From Octopus vulgaris (lineage: Eukaryota), in assembly GCA_951406725.2 (NCBI GenBank), contig OX597828.1:69626001-69690000 (forward strand): a stretch of DNA of 64,000 nucleotides, in the 5' to 3' direction. The position numbers were made by a program, and so were the translations under genes. Under the pieces are notes generated by a model. That model had not been told where the DNA came from. It made no database searches and worked only from the letters and a program-made list of their open reading frames with translations. Positions 11,592-24,627 of this stretch are shown piece by piece (position 1 is the stretch's first letter; every line of letters begins with the position of its first letter).

Positions 11592-11983
11592 TACATGCAC
11601 ACACACACATATATACATAAATACACATACACACATGTACGCAGTTGTGTGTGTGTCAGTGTGGGTATGTGTGGATATATGTGTATATATACATGTGCAT
11701 GTATGTGTGAATGTGCATACACACACCTGTACATACATATATATACACACAAAATATATACACAAACACAGACGCACACATACATAAATACATACACACA
11801 CACACACATGTATGTGTGTAATGGAGGACAGAATTGTTAAAACTTTGCCACAGTTTTTCTCGAAGATCAATATTTTACTCTCTTCGTTATTTGTTTGTTC
11901 AATTGGTTGATTGACTGATTAAGTGATTAAGCATCGATTAATTCTTCTTCTTCCTCCTCCTCCTCTCCCTCTTGCTACTTCAG

Positions 11984-12077
11984 ACAACCTTGTACATCTT
12001 CAGAAGGTTCCACAGAAGCCTTGATTGGACACAATGGTAACGCTGCACATCCACTGGAGACATCAAACAATCGCTCT
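11984..12077 (+). CDS. ARHGAP6: ARHGAP6-like exon (linker)
   Basis: Long pyrimidine tract, cag| and |gtgagt. Phase 2 to 0 bridges the neighbouring exons exactly. QPCTSSEGSTEALIGHNGNAAHPLETSNNRS. Confidence 0.8.
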
Positions 12078-12570
12078 GTGAGTAACATCATCATCATCAT
12101 CATCATCATCATCACCATAATCTTGTTCTTTTTCTTTTCTCCTTCCTTCTTCCTTTCTTTTTCACCTCCTTCTCTTCCTCCATTTCCTCCTTCCCCTCCT
12201 ACTCTTCCCATTCTCATTCCCACCACCTGCTTCTCCCCTCCTCTTCTGCGCCTTCATCTTCCTTCCCTTCCCCTCCTCTTCCTTGCTTCCTCTTTCTCAT
12301 CCTTCTCCCATCCACCTCCTCCTTCCCCTTCTCCCCTCCTCCTCTCCTTCTCTTGCCCCTCTTCTTTCTCTGTCATTCTCCTTCTCTTCATTCAACCACG
12401 ACCATGACCACCACCTCCTCCTTCTCCCCTCCTCCTCTTCTGCATCTCGCTCTTCCTTAGCCCCTCCACTTCCTCCCTCCTCCCCTCCCCACCATCGTCC
12501 CCCTCCTTCTCATTCAATACTTTAATGATTTTAGTGAAATGTTGAATAAATTCCTCTTTTCCCTTTTCAG

Positions 12571-12775
12571 TTCCATGCGGGCAGCACCGACTCTTTGTCT
12601 GAGTCAGAAGGGAACCCTGAGCAAACAGACAGGGGTTCGAGTCTCATCGAAGCATTATCTTTATCAATATCCGGAAGAGAAAGTGTTAACGATGAAAACC
12701 TTCAACACCTTTCTGGAGACGGTCCAATGGTGCCACAGATAGTTCTGGCTTGTTTCAGACATATAGAAACATATG
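12571..12775 (+). CDS. ARHGAP6: ARHGAP6-like exon, start of RhoGAP domain
   Basis: ttttcag| and |gtaaat. FHAGSTDSLSES...SSLIEALSLS...VPQIVLACFRHIETY(G). Phase 0 to 1. Confidence 0.92.
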
Positions 12776-12829
12776 GTAAATATCGTTTTAAGGAATATAC
12801 ATACGTACATATATATATTTGGAATCGAA

Positions 12830-13269
12830 ATTGAACCAATCTTATGACTGGCACCCGACAGTTGCCAGGACCCCTGGACTGGTGGTACATAAAAAGCGCT
12901 ATCCGAATCGTGGCCGATGCCAGCGTTGCCTCGACTGGCTTCTGTGCCGGTGGCACGTAAAAAGCACCATCTGAATCGTGGCTGATGCCAGTGCCGCCCC
13001 GACTGGCTTCCGTGCCGGTGGCATGTAAAATGCACCGATCCGACCGTGGCCGTTGCCAGCCTCGCCTGGCCCCTGTGCATGTGGCACGTAAAAAGCACCC
13101 ACTACACTCACGGAGTGGTTGGCGTTAGGAAGGGCATCCAGCTGTAGAAACACTGCCAGATCAGACTGGAGCCTGGTGCAGCCTTCTGGCTTCCCAGATC
13201 CCCGGTCGAACCGTCCAACCCATGCTAGCATGGAGAACGGACGTTAAACGATGATGATGATGATGATGA
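12830..13269 (+). mobile_element. RTE LINE 3' UTR/tail copy
   Basis: Same terminal ~170 bp and (gat)n tail, with about four internal units. Confidence 0.88.
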
Positions 13270-13911
13270 TATGTGTGTGTGTGGTTGATATGAAGCAGAC
13301 AGGGAAGGAGAAAGAGAGGCAGACAAACGGAGGGATATACAGATGGACAGGGAGACAGACAGATGGATATAGATATTGACAGACAGACAGGTGTCATCAT
13401 CATATACATACACTGAGTGAAATGACAGTAAAATCTAATGAAGGACTTATTTAAACAATCACCTGAGGAAGTGCGTTTCACACTTTGGATGGATGATAGT
13501 GATTGCACAACATCTCACCAATCTAATACAGGCGTAAAAATGTGTTGAAACAATTGTGGTGACTTTAAATGAAGAATGTCATTCATTCTGTTTTCTGTCA
13601 TTTATCTACTTATATAATCTCTGTGGATGCTATGGAGTTCCTGATGTATATCCAGCAGTAAGAGCATTTCCACTGTATGATGACATCAGATAGCCAATAA
13701 CTGTGGATGAGCTTTGCATAGCATTCTGCAAGATTTTCACATGAATTTTATTTAACTTTATATATATATATATATACATATGTATGTACTAACACACACA
13801 TACGCACAAACACACACACATACATGTATATGTGTGCGTGTATTATGTTGTAAAATTGAGAAATTCTGTCATTCCAATGTGGAATTAAATTCAGGAGTTA
13901 TTTTTTAACAG

Positions 13912-13967
13912 GTTTCCATGTTTTGGGAATATTCCGAGTTGGGTGTTCAAAGAAGAGAGTCAAACAG
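13912..13967 (+). CDS. ARHGAP6: ARHGAP6-like exon with catalytic arginine finger
   Basis: aacag| and |gtaagt. GFHVLGIFRVGCSKKRVKQ contains the GIFRV Arg finger. Phase 1 to 0. Confidence 0.93.
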
Positions 13968-14584
13968 GTAAGTCTTGGAGCTTGGCTTTTTCCTTTCTTT
14001 CTCTCTTTTTCTCTCTCTCTCCATATATACACACATCGACACACACACACACACACACACAGCCATACACTTTGCACACATTCATACACACATATACAAT
14101 GAGCTTCTTTCAGTTTCCATTTAGCAAATCCACTCACAAGGCTTTGGTTTTGTCCCTGGCTATCATACAAGACACATACTTAAGGGGTGCCATGCCAAAG
14201 CCCAAAGCCAAGTGGTTAGGAATGGAAGTTGTTTGCCACACAGCAATGCAATGTCATCCATTTCCAATATTTGTCTGGCCAAGAGGAAATATTTCATTGC
14301 TTGGAAACAAGTGAGGGTTGGTGAATGGAAGGGCATCCAGCCTTAGAAAATCTGCTTCGATGAAGTCCCTTTGACCCATTCGAGCATGGAAAAGTGGATG
14401 TGAAAGGATGACAATGATATTGTTTGTCTTTTAATGTTGTTTTATGGTTAAGGTGGTAAGCTGACAGAAATGTTAGCATGCTGGGCAAAATGCTTAGTGG
14501 TATTTTGTCTGTCTTCACATTCTGGGTTCAAATTCCACCGAGGTTCGCTTTGCCTTTCATCCTTTCAGAGTCAATAAATTATTA

Positions 14585-14630
<46 letters not shown>

Positions 14631-14668
14631 CATCATTATTATTTATTATCATTATCATTATTATTATA

Positions 14669-14712
<44 letters not shown>

Positions 14713-14736
14713 CATCATCATTATTATTATTATTAT

Positions 14737-15027
14737 TGTTATCTTTTTTTCTTCTTCTTTCAAATTTGCTTCCATTTTTTGCCGAGTGTCTTCCTGACTC
14801 CTAGGGCAAAAAAACTCATAGTATACATTTGTAGGCCATTAAACTATACTCACTAGTTCATTCATTTTTTTTTTGTTTTAAAGTTAAATTAAAATACATG
14901 GGTAGTAATAGTTCTCACATCGACAATGCTCTTCTCAATACGTGTGATGTACCAGTTAAGACAATCTTTTGCACTTCTTGCAGGGATGGTAAGCCAGGGA
15001 TCATTCTCATATAATTTTCGGTTCCCT
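14737..15027 (-). mobile_element. 3' end of an R4/Dong-type non-LTR retrotransposon embedded in (TAA)n
   Basis: Minus strand 15025-14915 encodes GTENYMRMIPGLPSLQEVQKIVLTGTSHVLRRALSM*, an R4/Dong-type C-terminal QKxVLxGTxHxLRR motif (recalled). (TTA)n on both sides. Confidence 0.7.
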
Positions 15028-15094
15028 ATTATTATTATTATTATTATTATCATTATTATTATTATTATCATTATTATTATTATTATTATTATTA

Positions 15095-15126
<32 letters not shown>

Positions 15127-16173
15127 TAAGGTGGTGAGTTAGCAGTGTCATTAACACACTGGACAAAATGCTTAGCAGTATTTTGCCTGTCTGTAAGTTC
15201 TGAGTTCAAATTCCGCTGAGGTTGACTTTACCTTTCATCCTTTCAGGGTTGATAAATTAAGTACCAGTTGCGTACTGGGGTCGATCTAATCAACTGGCCC
15301 CCTCCCCCAAAATTTCCGTCCTTGTGCCTAGAGTAGAACAGAATCGATAACATACAGGACAAAATTCACAGCACCATTACATCCGTCTTAACATTCTGGG
15401 TTCGAATTCCAAAATGCTTGGTGGCATTTCATCTGTCTTAATGTCTCGGGTTCAAATTCTGCCAAAGTCGACTTTAGTTTTCGTCTTTTCGGGGTCAATA
15501 AAATAAGCACCACTCAATTATTGGGGGTCGATGTCATTGACTCACCCTTTCTCCCGAACATGCCGGCCTTGTGCCAAAGTTTGCAACCAATATAGGTTTA
15601 TGGTCAATGCGGCATCGCAACATCAGAATATTAACCAATTCCTCCACACAGTGAATGTTTAACCTCTTCTGATAATTGAAATAAGGACAGAAAAGTGAAC
15701 AGCCTTATGTTAAACCTTCATTCACCCACAACTTGTACTTTAAACCTTATCTAATGGAAATTCTGCCCTTCTTACTCCATCTCTGCTCATTGCTACAGCT
15801 TCCAGCAAAGCAGCTGTCAATGATGATGATGATGACGATGATGATGATGATGGAGACGGTGGTGGTAGTGATGATGATGATGATGATGATGATGTTTATT
15901 GATACTGTAAAGCTCAGCCAATCCCCTTCTAGCACTTGGATTAGAGACAATCATCGTTAGCCCCTTTCCTCTCTCTCTTTCTACCTCTCTCTTTATCCAT
16001 GTTAACGATTAAAAATTCATTAAAAGCTATCAGAAGCTTCTTAATATAATTAATATAGTTAACAGCTAATTGCTCTTAAATAGTTTCCAGTCTGAAAGTA
16101 AAGCAGGTAATTAACTAAACGTGTGTGTGTGTGTGCATCTATATGTATATATATTTATATATATCTGCATGTG

Positions 16174-16213
<40 letters not shown>

Positions 16214-17087
16214 TATAAACATAATAAATAATATTAGGGTAATAAGAATTATAGAAATTATTATTACCAGTGGCCTAGCACAAAAATCAATAGGCTATAT
16301 ATTATTCACATAAAAATATAGTTTACATTAACGTGTTCTAATGTACACGATATATATATATATTTAAAATCTTAGGGAATAATAAGTATTCCCAGTTATC
16401 AGGACATTTACTATCTTACACTTTACTAATGCAATGTAAACAGTATCATATCCCAAATCTGTAATAATATATATATATTTATATTTTAAAGTATATTTTA
16501 CACTTTACTAATGCAATGTAAACAGTATCCCAAATTTGTAATAATATATATATATATGTGTGTATGTGTGTGTGTGTCCGTCCACATATATATATACATA
16601 CATACATATTTTTGTGTGTTTATATGTATCTATATTTTTACACAGATAGATATATTGGTCAGTGTCAACAAGTTAAGAAAAAAGCATACTCCAACAGAAA
16701 TCATGAGCAATTATATTTCTTATGTAGTCGGGTAATGTATCTTTGGAGTGGTTGTGTGGTAAGTGGCTTGCTTACCAACCACATGGTTCCGGGATCAGTC
16801 CCACTGTGTGGAACTTTGGGCAAGTGTCTTCTACTATAGCCTTGGGCTGACCAAAGCCTTGTGAGTAGAAATATTTGGCTAAAATTCTTTAAGGCAATGC
16901 CCCAGCATGGGCGCTGTCTAATGACTGAAATAAGTAAAAGATAAAAGATACATCCGATGGTTTCACAGGCCGAACTTCGAAGTCACTGTCAGTAATATTC
17001 ATGTAAATACTACAAAAATATAGAAAAACCCACCAGATTAATGTGAAATTGGTTTCATTAGAGCTGAACACAAAGACAAACATTAGC

Positions 17088-17127
<40 letters not shown>

Positions 17128-17183
17128 CTATCATACATCTACATATATGTATATATGTATGTATGTAGATGTATATGTGTGCA

Positions 17184-17236
<53 letters not shown>

Positions 17237-17716
17237 GTTTATATATTTGTTTTGCAAGATTTTTGATGTGAAATCGTATGTGGAAACAGATATTGTTATA
17301 TTTAGGAATGGTCATTTTGCCAGTTTAGCCAATAATTTAATAAATTGAAGTTGTTGAGTTGTCACGCTGAAGCAAAGTAACACCAAATATATAGTGCATG
17401 TGTTTTTATTGGCTAAACTGGCAAAATGACCATTCCTAAATACAACAATATACATATATATATATATATTTATTTATATATATAGATATAGATAGATAGA
17501 TAAATAGATAGATATTTACACACACACACACACACATACACACACACACATGAGTGTGTGTAAAAGGCACCTAGTCCTAGAAAACTCTGCTTGAAATACT
17601 GACATTTAACCCAGGCAAACATGAAATGGAAGAAGGTGTTGTTAAAACTGTCAAACAAATATTTCTCGTTGATTCTTTATATTTGCTGTGTTCTAAATGA
17701 AACTTTCTCATTGCAG

Positions 17717-17867
17717 TTGCGAGATGAATTTGATAGCGGCAAAGATGTCATCCTTGATGAATCTCAGAACCCACATGATGTCGGTGCTCTATTAAAGGAG
17801 TTTTTTCGAGACTTACCTGAGCCCCTACTTACTCGGGATCTTTATTCACCTTTTGTGGCCACACGAC
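17717..17867 (+). CDS. ARHGAP6: ARHGAP6-like exon, RhoGAP domain
   Basis: ttgcag| and |gtgagt. [50 protein letters not shown], with the RhoGAP signature LLKxFFRxLPEPLL. Phase 0 to 1. Confidence 0.95.
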
Positions 17868-18980
17868 GTGAGTTGAGACTTAGAAAATTGCTTTATTTCC
17901 CTAATCATAGATCAGACTGGATTAGGCCAGGGTTGACCGTCTTGTGAGTGTTGTAAACTCACAAGGAGGTGATAAACATTGGGGAACACTATGAGTGCTG
18001 CTGTTATTTTTCTTAGAAAGGAAATATTTAAGCCAGATACACTAATTATATTTTAAATACATTTTTAATGATAAAAATCAGCATGCACCAGTGCTGAATA
18101 AACTATATATGTTCATGCAAATATATTTAACACATTTGTGTGCATTTGAACGTGGGAATACATTTTGCTGTGGAAATAGTCATTTTGCTCCTCGCAGACA
18201 ATACATGTGAAAACACATCACTGGGCAATTAATGATCTCAAAGAATTGTAAATTACATGCATTTCATTATCATTGCACATCATCAGCTATCAACACCAAC
18301 TCAGTCTTTCACAGTACTGTAAGAACAGTTGTTTTTATATAAAGGAACAATACAAACATGTTAAATGTGATTGTATTCACCTGTATTTCAGTGAGCGCTG
18401 CTTTGTTCACCTCTCGTTAATTAATTCCAGGTTGATCAAGCTTTGCACACATCAATAATTGTATTATTTGCTATTCTTATATGTATAAGTACAGCTGTCC
18501 TGACATGGTTGTGAGAGGTGATTCAGTGTTTGTAACTGATGAAGTGCATCGATGCATTAAGAGCTACTGTACTATGTAGCATCTGGAGCATGGCTTCTAC
18601 AGACATGGACTGACGCACACAGGTATATATGGAAATGCCTGCATGTATACCTGTATACGTGCATACACACACACATACATACAGCAGTCTCTGTATATAT
18701 TTTTTACACACACACACACACATACCTATCTCACAATACAAAAGAATGATATTTAAGATTTTATTTTTTAAAAATCTGTTTCAGTATATAACAAGGAAAG
18801 CAAACATATGTCTGCGTGTGTGTGTGTGTATGTGTGTGTGTGAGACTGTATCCACCAGACTGTTAGATGTTTATGCTCTGCTGGTCACAGCGTGCTCACT
18901 CTCATTGTTATAGCTTTTGAATGATGGCCATCCCACCTCACTGGCAAATATGAGTGTGTAGATATAGATATGCATGCGTG

Positions 18981-19013
<33 letters not shown>

Positions 19014-19274
19014 TGTGTGTGTGTGTACACAAATTTGTGTGCGCATTATGTGTCTATAAGCCATGCTCCAAATGCCTTGCAGTGCTCACCACCTTGGCTT
19101 CTTCACGCATGGATTTCTCCAACATTTTCAGTTATTTTATGATAATAATAATCATAATAGTAATTAGAAGAAGCAGCAGCAGCAGAAGAAGAAGAAGAAG
19201 AAGAAGAAGGAGGAGGAGGAGAAGAAGAAGAAGGAGGAGGAGAAGGAGAGTAGGCAGAGGTGGATGACAATAAT

Positions 19275-19780
19275 AATAATACTCTGGATGACTTAGATTA
19301 ATGCTCAAAGTGGAGTTCAATGCAACAAAAAAAAACAAGATGATAGGTATCAATACTCTAGTTGTGCCAGATATAAGTTACAGTTACAATATTCTTAATT
19401 CGATGCTAAATGCACGAACCAAACTAGACAGGAAAACAAAAAAAATAATGAAGGCATTTAGAATACAACACCCAAAATTTGACATAGAAATGTTATATAT
19501 ACAATGAACTGATGACAGTAGAAGCATTATACAATTAGAAAATTAGTATAAAATATCCTTTCTAGGATTACAGAACCAAGGAAAACTGATACAAATAATG
19601 ACAAAACAGGAGCAAAACAAAAAAGAAAAACTGTTTTCTGCCTTCAAGGAATCTGAAAAATACAAGAAAGAGGTCAAAATATTTGACTACTATGAAGAAA
19701 AGGAGCAAATAAAAGCTGTAAAACAAGTAAAATCTAAACTAAAACTGGAACTACAAAATACTGTGATGAAACAATAACAA
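19275..19780 (+). mobile_element. Degenerate R4/Dong-type RT fragment
   Basis: LKVEFNA..NKMIGINTLVVPDISYSYNILN...LDRKTKKIMKAFRIQHPKFDIEMLY, with stops and frameshifts downstream. Confidence 0.7.
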
Positions 19781-19914
19781 AAAAGGTGGGGGGGGAGGGC
19801 TGACCTGGTAAATAAGCTGAGAGGAAAAGAAAGTAAAATCTCATCCATTCTGTTTGATTCCTCCATTCTGTTGGTAGTTATTGTTTTTTTGTGTTTTTTG
19901 GAAATTGTAAATGT

Positions 19915-20198
19915 GATACCTGTGCTGGTAGCACGTAAAAAGCACCATCAGAACATGGCCGATGCCAGCGCTGCCTCCCCTGGCACCTGTGCCGGTAGCA
20001 TGTAAAAAGCACCCACTACACTCACGGAGTGGTTGGCATTAAGAAGGGCATCCAGCTGTAGAAACACTACCAGATCAGACTGGAGCCTGGTGCAGCCTCC
20101 TGGCTTCCCAGACCCCGGTTGAACTGTCCAACCCATGCTAGCATAGAAAACGGACGTTAAACGATGATGATGATGATGATGACGACGATGATGATGAT
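19915..20198 (+). mobile_element. RTE LINE 3' UTR/tail copy
   Basis: Same terminal sequence and (gat)n tail. Confidence 0.85.
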
Positions 20199-21219
20199 GT
20201 ATTGGTTTTGGTCTTAATGCATGTTGTCTGGTGCAATCTGTTGTATGATTTGGTCATCAGCTCCCTCCACCAGACAAGTCTGTAACCAGTGGTGCCTATG
20301 AGTCACTCCCCACCACTACCACCACCACCACCACACACACAGGTATAGACATGGATGGCTGTATGGGTAAGGAGTTTACTTTCCAACCACATGGTTTCAG
20401 GTTCAACCCCATTGTATGGCATTTTGGGGCAAGTGTCTACCATAGTGCCAGGCTTACCAAAACTTGAGTGAGTTTGGTCGATGGCAACCAGAAGAAGCTC
20501 ATGGCTCAATGCTTCCCTCTGGCTTGTTGGAGCCTGTTACACCATCCATTTCATACCAGCATGGAAGAGGGACATTAAATGATGATGATGATGATGATGG
20601 TACGTGTGTGTGTGTGTGTGATTGTTTATATTTGTGCTCTGAGAAATTCGCTCTCTACAAGTGTTGTTGTTGTTGTTGTCATTTCTGTCAACCAATTGTC
20701 TTCTTCCTTCAAACCAAAGACATGTGAAATACTTGAAACATAAAGAAACGCTCAGTCATTATACAGTACTCCCACCAGATGTGAGGAGGAATCAAATCCT
20801 ATCTTTACTCTATCATGGCACCTGTCTGAAAAAAAAGAAAATGCTTAGCCCTAGCGAGTGTCAATTAGATTCCAGGGCCACGATGCAGAATTAGAGTGAA
20901 GATGCTGACCATTTGCCACATCATTCATGCTTCACGTCTTAGCCTCAACTCTCTCTCTGTCTCTCTCTCTCTCTCTCTTTTTCTCTTTCTGTCTACATCT
21001 CTCTCTCTCTCTCTCTGTTTCTCTTACTGTCTACATACCTCTCTCTCTCTCTCTCTCCCTTGTCTATGTGCCTCTCTCTCTCTCTGTTTCTTTTACTGTC
21101 TACATACCTCACCTCTCTCTTTCTCTTACCCTCTCTCTCTTTCTCTCACCCTCTCTCTCTCCCTCTCTCTCTCTGGTTCTCTCACTCTTTCTTCTTAATT
21201 ATGATAATTAGTTGATGTA

Positions 21220-21400
21220 GTTGTTTAGCTCCTGGTCAACTCTGATTAAGCAGTTCTATAATCCAAGACATTCCAGGTATGACCCACCTTTCTTTTTTTC
21301 TATCCCTTTGACCACATTTGTGTCCTTCATTTCAGATTGTAGGGTGGTGTGATTTGAGGGAGATTCGGTTGCTATTTCCATTAAACTGAATCAGCACCAG
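21220..21400 (+). repeat. Dispersed unclassified repeat (TTTAGC..CAGGTCA..CTGAT...CATTCCAG..ATGACC...GATTTGAGGGAGATT)
   Basis: Similar diverged copies at about 38270-38470, 43430-43600, 53240-53420, 58515-58640 and 62000-62150. Confidence 0.55.
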
Positions 21401-21684
21401 TGAAGTCTCTAAGTAACCATTTACTTGGTGCCCTTGCTGATGCCATGGTGCCACTTCCACGTGAAAAGCACCCAGTACACTCTGTAAGGTGGCTGGCATT
21501 AGGAAGGGCATCCAACTGGTCAACTCCGATTAAGCAGTCCTATAATCCAAGACATTCCAGGTGGTGAATGACTCTGTTCAGGTTCCCTCATTAGTTCCCC
21601 TAATTAGTACGATTAATTAAATATCACTAACATTCTCATCAACACAGAGATATAATTTGTCTTTCTTACCATTTACACTTTCAG

Positions 21685-21836
21685 GCATCAACAACCCTGA
21701 GAAACAGATTTTGGCCCTTAAGTTGCTGGTTTCTCTTCTGCCAGTCCCTAACAGGGATACTTTATGGGCCTTGATGAAGTTCTTGAGGAAAGTTGCTCAA
21801 CATTCCACAGATACCATTGATAAGAATGGTCAAACA
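21685..21836 (+). CDS. ARHGAP6: ARHGAP6-like exon, RhoGAP domain
   Basis: tttcag| and |gtgagt. (R)INNPEKQILALKLLVSLLPVPNRDTLWALMKFLRKVAQHSTDTIDKNGQT. Phase 1 to 0. Confidence 0.95.
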
Positions 21837-21862
21837 GTGAGTAATGGAACCAAACAAGTTTA

Positions 21863-21918
<56 letters not shown>

Positions 21919-22178
21919 TATGTTTGTATAATGTGTGTATATGCAGGTGCATAATGTGGCTATGTGTGTATGTAATGTATCTATGTGTGTATATGTATGT
22001 GTGTTTTTGTGTGTATGTATAACAGTATGTGTGTGTGTATGTAAATATGTGTGTATGAGAGAGAGAGAAGAGAGAGAGAAAAGAGAGAGAGAAAGAAAGA
22101 AAGAAAGACGTACAGACAGACAGACAGAGTGGTTCCCTACACCTTTCTTACTAATCTGATTTACCAAATTCTTTCCAG

Positions 22179-22355
22179 TTACCCGGGAACAGAATGGACT
22201 CCACAAATTTGGCCACCCTATTTGGCCCCAATATTCTTCATAAAGCTAAAGTGGGAGAAAGAAAATACATGGTGGAAAGTTGTGCCAGAGCCGAGGAGAG
22301 AAAAGATGTGATAGAAGTCGTTAAGACCATGATTGAAGATTCTTCCATTTTTGAG
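22179..22355 (+). CDS. ARHGAP6: ARHGAP6-like exon, end of RhoGAP domain
   Basis: ttccag| and |gtaaaa. LPGNRMDSTNLATLFGPNILHK...ARAEERKDVIEVVKTMIEDSSIFE, with the NxMxxxNLAxxFGPNIL motif and ARHGAP6-type ARAEE. Confidence 0.95.
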
Positions 22356-22446
22356 GTAAAAAAAAACTACAACCAATTCTTTCTACATAGCTTTGCTGTT
22401 GTTGTTGTTGCTGAAGCTGATGTTGTTGTCATTGTTACTGTTGCTG

Positions 22447-22847
22447 CTTTGTTTGTTTGTTTGTTGAGTGAAGCGGCCTTCATCCCAGAGCTCACAAGAT
22501 TGCGCTTCTGTAGTGGGAGAAGTCCGAAACGTGGTCCCTTGCTATTCGTAAGACCCACAGAAGAGAAAGCAGGTCAAACCCCGACAGCGAGAGCATCGAC
22601 GGATGGATGAATGCGCATCCAGGCTCAACGGTTGCGTAGGAAGTCGGGGACAAGAAACAGGAAGAAAGAGTGAGAGAAAGTTGGAGCGAAAGAGTACAAC
22701 AGGGGTCGCCACCACCCCCTGCCGGAGCCTCGTGGAGCTTTAGGTGTTTTCACTCAAGAAACACACAGAACGCCCGGTATGGGAATCGAAACCGCGATCC
22801 TCCAACCTGGAGTCCGCTGCCCTAACCACTGGGCCATTGCGCCTCCA
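22447..22847 (-). mobile_element. CpG-rich tRNA-derived SINE with (CAAA)n tail
   Basis: Minus strand begins TGGAGGCGCAATGGCCCAGTGGTTAGGGCAGCGGACT...GGTTTCGATTCCC (A and B boxes) and ends CAAACAAACAAAC. Confidence 0.75.
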
Positions 22848-22933
22848 CTGCTGTTGATGCTGTCATCATTATCATTGCTTGTTGTTGACGTCAGCAGGAT
22901 TTGAACTCAGTATGCAAAGAACCAGAACAAATA

Positions 22934-23405
22934 CAGTAATCATTTCACGGTTCACCTATCGCGCCCTCAATGAATTTTTCTGGTTAATATAAGTAAATGT
23001 ATATCGCAGATTCCTCAGTATATTGCAACTGATAGGTATTTTTATTTTTTTAGATTTCAATTATTTCTGTGGCAAAATAAGTATTTTCACACTTAAAAAT
23101 TAATAAATTAATAAATAAAAATAGAGTTCAGTACTGCACTGTGTAACACATTAATTAAAATATAGAAAAGAAAATATGTAGTGTACCGTTGATGAGTAAA
23201 CAAAGAATCACACATATTGTATGGAAAAACGAAACTTGGGAGGTGGGGGTGTAGTGTTGTTTTGCATTTGTAATAAAATAAATATATACAAATTATAAAA
23301 ATGATTGAAAAATTATACCGTACTGTACTGTTTCTACGTCAGGGATTTTCACCTATTTGCAGTGGGTTTTGGAACATAACACCCACGATAGTTGAGGGAT
23401 TACTG
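22934..23405. mobile_element. Tigger/pogo-like MITE
   Basis: TA|CAGTAATC...GAGGGATTACTG|TA: inverted termini with TA target duplication and an AT-rich interior. Confidence 0.6.
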
Positions 23406-24627
23406 TATCATAAAGCAATTCTTTTGGCACTCTAATGACAACAACAACAATGGTTTCTCACATCGGCACAAGACCAGCAATTTTTTGGGGTGGTTGGGGG
23501 GCAGACGTCTGTGGACTGCATCTACCCCCTCCCGCCAATGCTTAACTGGTATCCAGTTCACTGACCACAAAAAAAGGAAAAGCAAATATCAACCAGAGCA
23601 GAATTTAAAGTCAGAACTCTAACGAACACTACTAATAATAATGATGTGAACAACACTGATTACTAAAATTCTAATTATAATAAAATTTCAGTTAAACAAT
23701 AACAGCAACAACAACTGCAGCAGTAGCAGCCGAAGTAGCAGCAGCAGCAGCAGCAAAGATGTTAGCTTCTCATCTGTGATGGTAATAACCAATGATGCAT
23801 AGGAAAGGAAGTAACGAATAATTAGACAGGTGTCTTGGGGGCGTAGAGAGTTTGGTTCCTTTGTCAAATGGCACCAGTCTGTGTGTCTGCCTGTAACATC
23901 AATGATGAAATATGTCTGCACTCAATGTCAATGGCATAGACCCTGATAATTCAAACCCTTTTCATAGCAACCTGCCTGAGACAACCTTAGTTATAAGCTT
24001 CTTGTTTTGAAGTGATCTAAATCTTCCAAGAAAATTTCATCAAAATCTTCCAGCTTTATAGTGACAGAATCATTTTCTATTGGGTTGTTCCAAAAATAAT
24101 GGCCACTCTGCGTTGTGTTTCGAAACACAATTTTATCATAGTATTTTAATTCTATTTTAGGTGAATTTCCACTGACTTAATAATTGATGTATGTTCTTTA
24201 ATAATTTTCTGCTTATTTTAGACAGAAAGCATTCTTGAAGCATAGGTGCCCTTAATTATGAACAGTTCAAGCTTGGGCACAATGCCTCCCCAACTTTTCA
24301 GGTTCTCTAGGTTCTTCTGCCTACAGGTGCAGGCTGAGAATTGACCCATCCATGTGGGCCTTGACCCATTCTTTCCACTCTCCAGGGCCTATATAAGGTG
24401 AGTGAGTTGGGAACAGCCAGTGCCTTGGTCCAGGGACCAGAGAGACAGAAGAGGCCCATGAAGATCTTACAAAACCTTCAAATTCCTTTGAATTTTGGAG
24501 AGAACATCCACCATAAGGGTCCAAAAGGGGTCTCCTTCAACCAGACAAAATTTCTCTTAGGGGCTCTGCCAACTTCAAATAGCTTTCATCAAATTCACCA
24601 AAGGGATAACCTGTCCCTCTACATCAA

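Noticed and set aside
13458-13515. CTGAGGA followed by a GTGC...GCAC stem (hammerhead-like 5' half)
   Set aside because: No GAAA core or stem III, so too degenerate to call.
22770-22847. tRNA-like sequence on the minus strand
   Set aside because: No complete cloverleaf or acceptor stem, and it continues into a SINE body and tail.
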